Below, one piece after another: positions 1 to 8,236 of a DNA stretch of 64,000 nucleotides. The notes below the pieces were generated by a model. The model ran no database searches, was not told the DNA's origin, and saw only the letters and a program-made list of their open reading frames with translations. Position numbers and translations under genes: made by a program. This stretch comes from an uncultured delta proteobacterium (GTDB lineage: Bacteria > Desulfobacterota > Desulfobacteria > Desulfobacterales > SpSt-501), in NCBI GenBank assembly GCA_963716785.1, contig CAVQUW010000025.1, positions 70,601-134,600 on the forward strand. Direction: 5' to 3'. Numbering within the stretch: position 1 is the first letter of the stretch; every line of letters begins with the position of its first letter.

Positions 1-140
1 TCGGCGATGAAAGTGAAAGAGATAGGAAGGTACGGACCAACTCAAGGGGGGCTTGATCATGCCCGGGGTGTTGCCAAGGTGGGGGGGTGCCGGTCGGCTT
101 TATGCCGGCCGGCGTCATCACCCCCCTGTTTCGCCGGGGC

Positions 141-317
141 CTACCCGCCGGCAATGCATTTGCGGGAGCGGCGCCCGCTCTCGCGGGCGGCGATCCGGTA
201 GCACCGACGCCGGTCGGCGTGGCTCCGCGGGTTGAGGTCGCAGGCGTCCAGCCTTTCGACCAGGCGGGTGTGTTCGGCGCTGCAGCAGCGTTTGGCTTTT
301 TTGTCGATGTCCAACAT
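141..317 (-). CDS. hypothetical small basic protein (58 aa, 5 Cys including a CC pair)
   Basis: ATG at 317 is preceded by a GAGAGGTGA Shine-Dalgarno-like motif. It lies 87 nt downstream of, and co-oriented with, the Cys-rich peptide ORF. No family recognised. Confidence 0.4.
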   Translation of the reverse strand: MLDIDKKAKRCCSAEHTRLVERLDACDLNPRSHADRRRCYRIAARESGRRSRKCIAGG

Positions 318-404
318 GGCGTCACCTCTCTTCGGATATCGTCGGCACGCTCGGCCCCGGAGAACACACGGGGCCAAGCGGGCGATACGGATCAGGTGGC
401 CCGG

Positions 405-557
405 TCAGCAACAGCAGCAGTCCTCGACCGGGTGGGTGCAGGCGTCCTCCAGTGAACCCTGGTCGTCCATCGCATAGCAGCAGCAGAGGTTGGGCTCGCC
501 TGCGGCCTCTTCGTCACAAAACCTGCACTCGTTGAGATCTTCCTTGTTCGCGTCCAT
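405..557 (-). CDS. hypothetical acidic Cys-rich peptide, 50 aa (MDANKEDLNECRFCDEEAAGEPNLCCCYAMDDQGSLEDACTHPVEDCCCC)
   Basis: Internal ATG at 557 of the 405..722 ORF has a GAGGA Shine-Dalgarno 6-7 nt upstream. The peptide has 10 Cys and 14 Asp/Glu and ends TGC TGC TGT TGC TGA. No family recognised. Confidence 0.5.
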   Translation of the reverse strand: MDANKEDLNECRFCDEEAAGEPNLCCCYAMDDQGSLEDACTHPVEDCCCC

Positions 558-597
558 TTTTCCTCGCCTGTGATGGCGTCCGGTCCGATGAACAGAA

Positions 598-611
598 CCG
601 GTTGCAACCGG
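598..611. promoter_or_regulatory. perfect 14-nt palindrome CCGGTTGCAACCGG in the 5' leader of the Cys-rich peptide gene
   Basis: The sequence is self-complementary when read directly. It sits about 40-55 nt upstream of the ATG at 557. It could be an operator or an RNA hairpin. Confidence 0.3.
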
Positions 612-773
612 ATGGGTGATTGGAAAATCGACGGTCGGTCGCGGCCTCTCCTCCGGAGTCGTGTCGCATCTCGCGGGAAAAAAGAGCAGCCGCGCACCCG
701 CCTGGGCTCGTTTTACGCCCATAAATTAAGTCTGCGAACGTTTGAGGGTTTGTCAAGATGCCACGCGGCGGGG

Positions 774-1127
774 TCATTGCTGGTTCATGGCTTTTTCGGC
801 CTTCCCGGGGTTCGCAGTATCGGCCTTTACACGATGGGCCCTCCGGGGGCTTGGCTTTTCCGCGATTCGCGCCCGCACCGCCCGCAGCTGCGCGTTGACC
901 CTGCCGGCGGAGACGGCCATGACGATGGCCTGGACGGCGCCGATCTTTTCCTCCGAGAGGCCTTCTTTCCTGGCGACGCCAAGATAGTGCGCCATTCACG
1001 GGTCGCAGCCGAGGGCCATGGCGGCGGCCAGGTGCACCATCAGGGTGACGGCCGGTTCCAGGATCTCGTTGTTCCGCGCCGAATCGTAGAAGCTCACGTA
1101 GGCCTTTTGTTGTGGGTCGGGCAGCAT
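774..1127 (-). CDS. AhpD-like / carboxymuconolactone decarboxylase-family protein with in-frame TGA (candidate selenocysteine, motif C-D-P-U-M-A-H)
   Basis: ATG at 1127 has a GGAGGA RBS. 43 codons (MLPDPQQKAYVSFYDSARNNEILEPAVTLMVHLAAAMALGCDP) run into TGA at 996-998. The same frame continues MAHYLGVARKEGLSEEKIGAVQAIVMAVSAG. The TGA falls exactly where the second Cys of the family CxxC redox motif is expected. Confidence 0.65.
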
Positions 1128-1247
1128 GGTCCATCCTCCTCGGTTGTCCGTGGCAGCGGGTGAAAACCTTCTCTACTCTAATGCCGTCCGGGGTGTATCA
1201 CGGTGTCCCGGTGTCGTCGATGCCCGCGCGCGGCGGGCTTGATCAGG

Positions 1248-2033
1248 CTAATCGTCCGCGATGGCGTAAAGCCGGCAGGTGTTGGCGAAGACGATGCGGG
1301 CCAGCTCCGCCGGGTCCTCGCGGCGCACCTCGGCCAGACGGGTCAGGGTCGAGCGCACGAAGGCCGGCTCGTTGCGGCGGTATCGGCGGCGCTCGGGTTC
1401 CGGCACGAGATAGGGGGCGTCGGTTTCAACCAGCAGCTGATCGGCGGGGATGTCACGGACGAGACGGCGCAAAGCCTCCCCCCGCTGCTTCTGGGTCAGA
1501 ATGCCGGTGATGCCGATAAGCCAACCCCGGTCGAGGTAGGCCGTGAGCTCGGAGCGACTGCCGCTGAAGCAGTGCACCACGGCGCGGCCGGCCGGCGGCG
1601 GGCAGGCGCCAAGCAGCTCGAGGAAGCGGCCCTCGCTGTCGCGCTCATGGAAAATGAGCGGGAGATTCAGCTCGGCGGCGATTTCGAGCTGGCGCACAAA
1701 CCAGTGTTCCTGGGCCTCCCGGGGGGAGTGCATGCGGTTGAAATCAAGTCCCGTTTCGCCCCAGGCGCGGACCTCGGGCTGTTTGGCCAGTTCGGTCAGC
1801 GCTGCCAGCACGGCCTCGCTGCACTCCCGGGCGTCGTGGGGGTGGACCCCCACGGAGGCGGTGATCCCGGTGTGCGCGCGGGCGATCGCGACCGCCCGGC
1901 GCGAGGTCGCCTCGGTCACGCCGATGGTCATCAGGCGGCTGACGCCGTCGCCACGGGCGCGCGCGATCACCTCACCCAGATCGTTTTCAAAGACCGCGTC
2001 GTCGAGGTGGCAGTGGCTGTCGAACAGTTCCAT
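1248..2033 (-). CDS. tatD: TatD-family metal-dependent hydrolase/DNase
   Basis: 261 aa. N-terminal MELFDSHCHLDD motif and length are typical of TatD. Confidence 0.9.
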   Translation of the reverse strand: MELFDSHCHLDDAVFENDLGEVIARARGDGVSRLMTIGVTEATSRRAVAIARAHTGITASVGVHPHDARECSEAVLAALTELAKQPEVRAWGETGLDFNRMHSPREAQEHWFVRQLEIAAELNLPLIFHERDSEGRFLELLGACPPPAGRAVVHCFSGSRSELTAYLDRGWLIGITGILTQKQRGEALRRLVRDIPADQLLVETDAPYLVPEPERRRYRRNEPAFVRSTLTRLAEVRREDPAELARIVFANTCRLYAIADD

Positions 2034-2233
2034 CTCGGTATCCTATGGTGGATCGCCGCCTGCGGATCCATCCGGGTGCCAAGGGTCAAAAACGGGTGAT
2101 ATTACCACTAACTTGCTATGATTTCAATATTTTTACCTTGATTTCGGTCCGCGATTTTGTCACTATATACGCTTTTAAAGCGACAACCGTCAATATCCGC
2201 CGGACGACGGGGACGGCGAAGCGGAGGTGAAAT

Positions 2234-3086
2234 ATGTTCAAAATCGTCAAACGCGAGGAAATGTCCCAGGGCACCGTGGTGCTGAACGAGATCGAGGCGC
2301 CCCTGATCGCCCGCAAGGCCAAACCCGGCCAATTCGTGATCCTGAAGGCCAACGAGAACGGCGAGCGCATCCCGTTGACCATGGCCTACACCGACCCTGA
2401 AAAAGGCATCGTCGCCGTGATCTACCAGGTGGTCGGCAAGTCCACCGCGCTCTTCAAAACCCTCAAGGTGGGCGACGGCTACCAGGACGTCATCGGCCCC
2501 CTCGGCAAGCCGACCCACGTCGAGAAACTGGGCCAGGTGGTCTGTGTCGGCGGCGGCACCGGGGTGGCCGTGCTGCACCCCATCACCCGGGCGATGAAAG
2601 AAGCCGGCAACCACGTGACCGCCATCATCGGCGCCCGCACGAAAGACCTGCTCGATTCTGGAAGATCGCATGCGGGCCGCCTCCAACGAGCTCCACGTCT
2701 GTACCGACGACGGCTCCTACGGGCGCCACGGGTTCGTGACCCACGCCCTGAAGGACATCCTCGACAAGGGCAAGGTGGACCTGGTGGTCGCCATCGGGCC
2801 GGTGCCGATGATGAAGTTCGTCTGCAAGCTGACCAAGGAGTACCACACCCCCACCATGGTCAGCCTGAACCCGATCATGGTGGACGGCACCGGCATGTGC
2901 GGCGGCTGCCGGGTGTCCGTCGGCGGCAAGTCCCAATTCGCCTGTGTGGACGGGCCCGAGTTCGACGGTCACCAGGTGGATTTCGACGAGCTCATGCTGC
3001 GGCTTCAGGCCTACTGTGAAGACGAAAAGCGCTGCCACAACGAGTTCTGCATGCTGGAGGAGTCATGGCATTCAAAACACGCCTGA
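2234..3086 (+). pseudogene. nfnA: NfnA-type FAD/NAD-binding, [2Fe-2S] small subunit (sulfide/dihydroorotate dehydrogenase-like); frame broken by 1 nt near 2654
   Basis: The N-terminal part is ORF 2234.. (MFKIVKREEMSQGTVVLNEIEAPLIARKAKPGQFVILK...IGARTKDLL). It continues in ORF 2670..3086 (..EDRMRAASNELHVCTDDGS...CGGCRV...). Removing one g (ctc[g]att) restores LLILEDRM. Confidence 0.85.
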
Positions 3087-3203
3087 CCCATACTGACGGG
3101 TGAGCGTTTATTTATGTCGGAGAAAACCTGACCATTTAAAAGACAAATAAAAGATAAAAAATCAATCAACCCGGATATTGGCTGTTGATACGGAGGAATT
3201 CTT

Positions 3204-4625
3204 ATGCCGGTAGAAGCTTCCCAGAAGGAAAAGAAGCAAAAAAAGGGCAAACTGCCCATGCCCGAGCAGGATCCCAAGGTGCGCGCGCGCAATTTCCTGG
3301 AAGTCCCCACCGGCTACACGCCGGAGATGGCCAGGGAGGAAGCGGCCCGCTGCCTGCAGTGCAAGAACCCGGGCTGCGTGGACGGCTGCCCGGTGGGGAT
3401 CGACATCCCCGGGTTCATCCAGCTGATCAAGGACGGGGACTTCACCCGGTCCATCCGCCACATCTGGACCATGAACAGCCTGCCGGCGGTCTGCGGGCGG
3501 GTCTGCCCCCAGGAGATCCAGTGCGAAGGCAAGTGCATTCTCGCCAAGAAGGGGGAGCCGGTGGCCATCGGCAACCTGGAGCGCTTCGTCGCGGACTGGG
3601 AGCGGGAAAACGGCACCGGCGCCCTGCCGCCCAAGGCGGCGCCGACCGGCAAACGCGTGGCCGTGGTCGGCGCGGGGCCGGCCGGGCTGACCGTGGCCGG
3701 CGACATGATCCAGAAAGGCCACGAGGTGACCGTGTTCGAGGCCTTCCACAAGCCGGGCGGGGTGCTGCTCTACGGCATCCCCGAGTTCCGGCTTCCCAAG
3801 GAGATCGTGGCCCAGGAGGTGAACTTCCTCGAGCGTCTGGGGGTCAAGGTCGAGTGCAACGCGGTGGTGGGACGGACCGTCACCCTGGACGAGCTCTTCG
3901 CGGAGGGCTACGAGGCGGTCTTCGTCGGGGTCGGCGCCGGGCTGCCCAAGTTCATGAACATCCCCGGGGAGAACCTCGTCGGCGTGCTCTCGGCCAACGA
4001 ATACCTCACCCGCGCCAACCTGATGAAGGCCTACCTGTTCCCGAAAGTGGACACCCCGATCCCGCGCGGCAAGGACGTGGTGGTGCTCGGCGGCGGCAAC
4101 GTGGCCATGGACTCGGCGCGCACCGCCCTGCGCCTGGGGGCCGACCGGGTACGCATCGTCTACCGCCGCTCGCGCGAGGAGATGCCGGCGCGCGCGGCCG
4201 AGGTCCACCACGCCGAGGAGGAGGGCATCGAGTTCTTCCTGCTCACCAACCCGGTCCGCTACATCGGCAACGACAAGGGGCGGCTGGTCGGCATGGAGTG
4301 CCTGAAGATGGAGCTGGGCGAGCCGGACGCCTCCGGCCGCCGCCGCCCGGTCGCGGTCAAGGGCTCGGAATTTCAGATCGATTGCGACCTGTGCATCGTC
4401 GCGGTCGGAACCGGCGCCAACCCGCTGCTGACGAGCTCCGAGCCGAAGGTCAAGCTCAACAAGTGGGGCTACATCGAGGCCGACCCCGTGAGCGGCAAGA
4501 CCTTCAAGCCGGGGGTCTGGGCCGGCGGCGACATCGTCACCGGATCGGCCACGGTCATCCTGGCCATGGGCGCGGGCCGCAACGCGGCCAACTCGATGCA
4601 CGACTACCTGATGCGCGGATGGTAA
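3204..4625 (+). CDS. nfnB: NfnB / GltD-like NADPH-dependent oxidoreductase (2x[4Fe-4S], FAD)
   Basis: 473 aa. It has the CLQCKNPGCVDGCPVGIDIP cluster motif and the GAGPAG dinucleotide fold. It lies directly downstream of nfnA. Confidence 0.9.
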   Translation: MPVEASQKEKKQKKGKLPMPEQDPKVRARNFLEVPTGYTPEMAREEAARCLQCKNPGCVDGCPVGIDIPGFIQLIKDGDFTRSIRHIWTMNSLPAVCGRVCPQEIQCEGKCILAKKGEPVAIGNLERFVADWERENGTGALPPKAAPTGKRVAVVGAGPAGLTVAGDMIQKGHEVTVFEAFHKPGGVLLYGIPEFRLPKEIVAQEVNFLERLGVKVECNAVVGRTVTLDELFAEGYEAVFVGVGAGLPKFMNIPGENLVGVLSANEYLTRANLMKAYLFPKVDTPIPRGKDVVVLGGGNVAMDSARTALRLGADRVRIVYRRSREEMPARAAEVHHAEEEGIEFFLLTNPVRYIGNDKGRLVGMECLKMELGEPDASGRRRPVAVKGSEFQIDCDLCIVAVGTGANPLLTSSEPKVKLNKWGYIEADPVSGKTFKPGVWAGGDIVTGSATVILAMGAGRNAANSMHDYLMRGW

Positions 4626-4742
4626 TTAGTAAATAAAATCATTTAGATATAAGCTCGAAACGGAAACCTCAAAGGGAATACAAAAAAGTTCGAAGCCTGA
4701 CGGAGGGGTCTCTTCCGGGCTGTTTCAAGGCGGCAATCAGCG

Positions 4743-4790
4743 TTGACAAGTCTATTGAGCCGGGCGGGGGAATCGAGCTGCCCGGCTCAA
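4743..4790 (+). promoter_or_regulatory. TTGACA -35-like hexamer followed by an 11-bp perfect inverted repeat (TTGAGCCGGGC..GCCCGGCTCAA)
   Basis: TTGACA at 4743-4748. Repeat arms at 4755-4765 and 4780-4790, ending 24 nt before the ATG at 4814. No clear -10 hexamer. Confidence 0.3.
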
Positions 4791-4813
4791 CCATTTACGC
4801 GAGCCGAGACAAA

Positions 4814-5605
4814 ATGCACCCCTTTGACCGCGATATCGAAGTGGTCCCGGCAGGCCCCCTGCATTTCAAAGCGGGCATCGCCGACGGGTGGTCGATCAAC
4901 GGGGTCCCGAACGGCGGCTACCTGATGGCCCTCGCGGCCGATGCCATGCGCCGCTGCGCCGGCAAGTCCGCGACCCCGATCGTCACCGCCAATTTCAGCG
5001 CGCGCTGTGTACCGGGGGAGGCCGAGATCCGCGTCGAGAAGGTCTCCACATCGGCCCGGTTCGAGCGTCTGCAGGCGCGGCTCCTGCAAGGGGGGCAGGA
5101 GAAGTTCAGGGCCTTCGGCACCTTTGCCGCGGACAAAAACGAGTGCGCCCTCGAAAGACACGAGACCCCCGCGCCGCAACTGCCGACGATGGACGCCTGC
5201 ATCCCCATGCCCGCGCTGCCGGGCTACTCGCTGTTCGAACGGGCGGACGTGCGGCTGGACCCCGCCTGCGCGGGGTGGATGACGAGCGGGGTGCCGGCCG
5301 AGCGCTCGGAGCAGAGAGGCTGGTTTGCGTTCCGCGAGCTGCGGGACATCGATCTCCCCGCCGTCCTGCTGGCGTCCGACGCCTTCCCCCCTCCGGTTCT
5401 TGCCAGCCAGGGCCTGGTGGCCTGGGTGCCCACCCTCGAGCTTTCGGTCAATGTTCGCCGGCTGCCCCAGTCCGGACGCCTCAAGGGGGTCTTCCGCACC
5501 CGGTTCATCACCTGCGGCCTGCTCGAGGAGGACGGGGAGTTGTGGGACGAAACCGGCGCGCTGGTCGCGGTGTCGCGCCAGATCGCCCAGTACCGGCCCG
5601 CCTGA
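4814..5605 (+). CDS. acyl-CoA thioesterase (TesB-like double hotdog) family protein
   Basis: 263 aa. The GWSINGVPNGGYLMALAA motif and overall layout are typical of thioesterase-II-like proteins. Confidence 0.7.
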   Translation: MHPFDRDIEVVPAGPLHFKAGIADGWSINGVPNGGYLMALAADAMRRCAGKSATPIVTANFSARCVPGEAEIRVEKVSTSARFERLQARLLQGGQEKFRAFGTFAADKNECALERHETPAPQLPTMDACIPMPALPGYSLFERADVRLDPACAGWMTSGVPAERSEQRGWFAFRELRDIDLPAVLLASDAFPPPVLASQGLVAWVPTLELSVNVRRLPQSGRLKGVFRTRFITCGLLEEDGELWDETGALVAVSRQIAQYRPA

Positions 5606-5636
5606 CCTGGAAAAACGCGCTTCCCCCAAAAGCGAT

Positions 5637-6305
5637 CTATCGTGCAACCATTGCCCGCATCATGTCGCCGGCGTTCTCGGCGTGGTCCGCGATCGCCCCG
5701 ATGTTCTCCGCCAGCCGCACCACGTGGAAGACCGTGACGCCGTCCAGACCCATGTTGAAGACCTTCTCCTTGAGCTGGTCCTCCGCGTGGTCGGCGTCGT
5801 GCTCCTTCTGGCGGATCCCGCGGATCAGGGCCTTGACCTGCACGCGCTGGTCCTCGTTGTAGGAGCGGAAGTATTTGCGCGCCTCGATCACCATGACGGC
5901 CAGGGCGTCGACCGCCTCCAGCGAGGCCTCCACCAAGAGCAGGATTTCCCTGTGCAGCTCCTCGGGGATGCCCGGCTCCATGCGGAAGGAGAGCCAGTCG
6001 AGGGTGTCCTGCACGGCGTCGAGTACGTTGTCCTGCTCGCTCAGGTAGCGGAAGAGCTCGAACTTGTCGACCGGCATCAGGGTGCCCTTGGGCAGATGGC
6101 CGCGGATGCGCCGCTTGATGGCATCGGCCTGGTGCTCGAGATCGTCGACCACTTTCTTGAGCTCCAGGAAGCGGTGGCACTCGTTTGAGATGTGGCACTC
6201 GATGGCCTCCTGAAAGGCCAGGGTGCACTCCTTGACCTTGTCCAGGTGCTCGGTCAACCCTTCGAGGGGCGAGGTACGGAACAGCTTGAAAAACGGGAAA
6301 CGCAT
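5637..6305 (-). CDS. DUF47 / PhoU-like phosphate-transport regulator family protein
   Basis: ATG at 6305 with a GGAGGGG RBS (MRFPFFKLFRTSPL...). It is adjacent to, and co-oriented with, the PiT transporter, which is the classical pairing. Confidence 0.85.
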   Translation of the reverse strand: MRFPFFKLFRTSPLEGLTEHLDKVKECTLAFQEAIECHISNECHRFLELKKVVDDLEHQADAIKRRIRGHLPKGTLMPVDKFELFRYLSEQDNVLDAVQDTLDWLSFRMEPGIPEELHREILLLVEASLEAVDALAVMVIEARKYFRSYNEDQRVQVKALIRGIRQKEHDADHAEDQLKEKVFNMGLDGVTVFHVVRLAENIGAIADHAENAGDMMRAMVAR

Positions 6306-6318
6306 AACCCCTCCTTTT

Positions 6319-7545
6319 CTAAAAGAAGAGCCTGAGGATGGTGTAGACCGCGACACTGGTCAGCGCGGCGGCCGGGACGGTGAGCACCCAGTACAGAATG
6401 ATCTGGATCACGATGCGCAGATTGACGGCGTCGATCCCCCCGGCCAGACCGACACCGATGATCCCCCCAACGGCGGCGTGAGTGGTGGAGACCGGCAACC
6501 CGAGCTTTGAGGCCACCAGCACGGTGGTGGCGGCGGCGAAGTCGACCGAGAACCCGCGGGTGTTGGTGAGTGTCGTGATTCGCTCGCCCATGGTCTCCAT
6601 CACCCGCCGGCCGGCCATGGAGATCCCGGCCGCAATGCCGACCCCGCCGAAGAGCAGCAGAAACATCGGCACGGGCACCTTGCTGCCGATCTCGCCGTAG
6701 TTGACGTAGAAGTAGATCACCGCCAGCGGCCCGATGGCGTTGGCGACGTCGTTGGCCCCCTGGGCCAGGGCGACGTAGCAGGAGGTGCCGACCTGGATGA
6801 AGCGGAACACCCCCTCGGCGCCGTTCTCCGCATGCCTGCGGATCACGCGCGCCAGGGCCCGTTTGCCGGCGAACCCGATGGCGACGGCGGCGGCGAGCGA
6901 GATCAGCGCCGCGGTAGGCGTGCCCACCTGGATGGTTTTGCCGAGGGGGGTCTTGTAGAGAAAGGACATGACGACGATGAACACGGCCGCCCCGATGAAC
7001 AGGGGCGAATACTTCAAGGCCCCCAGATGCGGGTCCCGGCGCGACATGATCAGCCAGACGATCAGCTTGAACATCCCCAGCCCGATGGCGAGCGCGAAGA
7101 CCGGGGAGACCACCCAGGAGAGCACCACCGCGCCGAGGCCGGCCCATTTGATGGCGGAAAACCCGCTCGCGACGATGCCGAAGCCGACCATGGCTCCGAC
7201 GATGGAGTGGGTGGTGGAGACGGGCAGCGAGCGCCAGGTGGCGAAGCTCACCCACAGCGCGGCGGAAAGCAGCGCGGAGAGGGCGCCCAGGATGGTCGTC
7301 AGCGGGTCGGTGAGCGCCTCCGGGGCGACGATGCCGTGGCGGATGGTGTCGGTGACATGCGAGCCGATGAAGGCTGCGCCGACCACGTTCAGGGTCCCGG
7401 CGATCAGCACCGCCTGGCGCACGGTGATCGCTTTCGCGCCAACGGCCGAGGCCATGGAGTTGGCCAGGTCGTTGGCGCCGATGTTCCAGGCCATGTAGAG
7501 GCCGACGGCGTACCCGATGATCAGGATGAGCAGCTCTTGGGACAT
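6319..7545 (-). CDS. inorganic phosphate transporter, PiT family
   Basis: 408 aa from ATG 7545 (MSQELLILIIGYAVGLYMAWNIGANDLANSMA...). The duplicated GANDVAN signature is present. Confidence 0.9.
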   Translation of the reverse strand: MSQELLILIIGYAVGLYMAWNIGANDLANSMASAVGAKAITVRQAVLIAGTLNVVGAAFIGSHVTDTIRHGIVAPEALTDPLTTILGALSALLSAALWVSFATWRSLPVSTTHSIVGAMVGFGIVASGFSAIKWAGLGAVVLSWVVSPVFALAIGLGMFKLIVWLIMSRRDPHLGALKYSPLFIGAAVFIVVMSFLYKTPLGKTIQVGTPTAALISLAAAVAIGFAGKRALARVIRRHAENGAEGVFRFIQVGTSCYVALAQGANDVANAIGPLAVIYFYVNYGEIGSKVPVPMFLLLFGGVGIAAGISMAGRRVMETMGERITTLTNTRGFSVDFAAATTVLVASKLGLPVSTTHAAVGGIIGVGLAGGIDAVNLRIVIQIILYWVLTVPAAALTSVAVYTILRLFF

Positions 7546-7693
7546 TGTCCTCCCGGAGGATAGGCGGATTAATGACGACTGCGCCGAGCTAACACACCGG
7601 GTGGTGATTTGCAACGCTTATCCCCCCGCGATCGGGTCTGGAGCGTGCAACCTCCGGTTCACCGCTTGCCGGGAGCGCCGGAAGTTCCTCTTT

Positions 7694-8236
7694 TCAGCCG
7701 AAAAGGACCTCCCATTCAAAAAACCGTTCGACCTTGTCCGCGCCGTAGGGCTCGAGCGACGCGACGATCCGGTCAACGGTGTTCTCTCGTGCCACCCGTT
7801 CGCCGTTTTTTGAAAAAAATTTGTCGGCATAGCAGACGATCTGCTCTTCAATGGTGACGGGCAGCATGTCGCGTTCGGGCAGGGGCAGGTTGAAGCGGCG
7901 GATGTCCGCGGCGCTGATGCCCACCCCCACGTGCCGCTCGCAGACGAGCCCGTGGCGGGGGAAGCCGAGCGCGTCCAAGAGCTCCCGGCCGAGGACGCCG
8001 TGGCGCACGTAGGGCTCGGTGCCATGGCAGTCCAGGCCGGGGCTGTCGGTCAGGAAGATCCCGATGTCGTGGAGCAGGCAGGCGCTTTGGATGAAGGCGA
8101 GGTCCGGGCGCAAGTGCGCGACCCGCCCCGCCGCCTCCAGGGCCTTTCCGGCCACGAGCTCACCGTGCTCGGTCAGGACCCGGAAAGCCGCGGAGGCGGG
8201 GTCGTAGTAGCGGGTGATGATCTCGTAAGGGTCCAT
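7694..8236 (-). CDS. HD-domain phosphohydrolase
   Basis: 180 aa with an LLHDIG HD motif. Its start abuts the prfB stop. Confidence 0.8.
   Translation of the reverse strand: MDPYEIITRYYDPASAAFRVLTEHGELVAGKALEAAGRVAHLRPDLAFIQSACLLHDIGIFLTDSPGLDCHGTEPYVRHGVLGRELLDALGFPRHGLVCERHVGVGISAADIRRFNLPLPERDMLPVTIEEQIVCYADKFFSKNGERVARENTVDRIVASLEPYGADKVERFFEWEVLFG

Noticed and set aside
1-140. Possible gene start on the minus strand at position 60 running off the left edge (MIKPPLELVRTFLSLSLSSP...)
   Set aside because: Only 20 codons are visible and there is no RBS or recognisable motif, so a call cannot be supported.
3162-4601. 479-aa ORF antisense to nfnB. Similar long antisense ORFs occur at 18773..20413, 24693..26300, 30442..32742, 43856..45928 and 51043..54027.
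   Set aside because: Each lies exactly opposite a gene with strong family motifs. They have no recognisable domains and Arg/Gly/Pro/Ala-dominated composition. This is typical of stop-codon-poor antisense frames in high-GC DNA.
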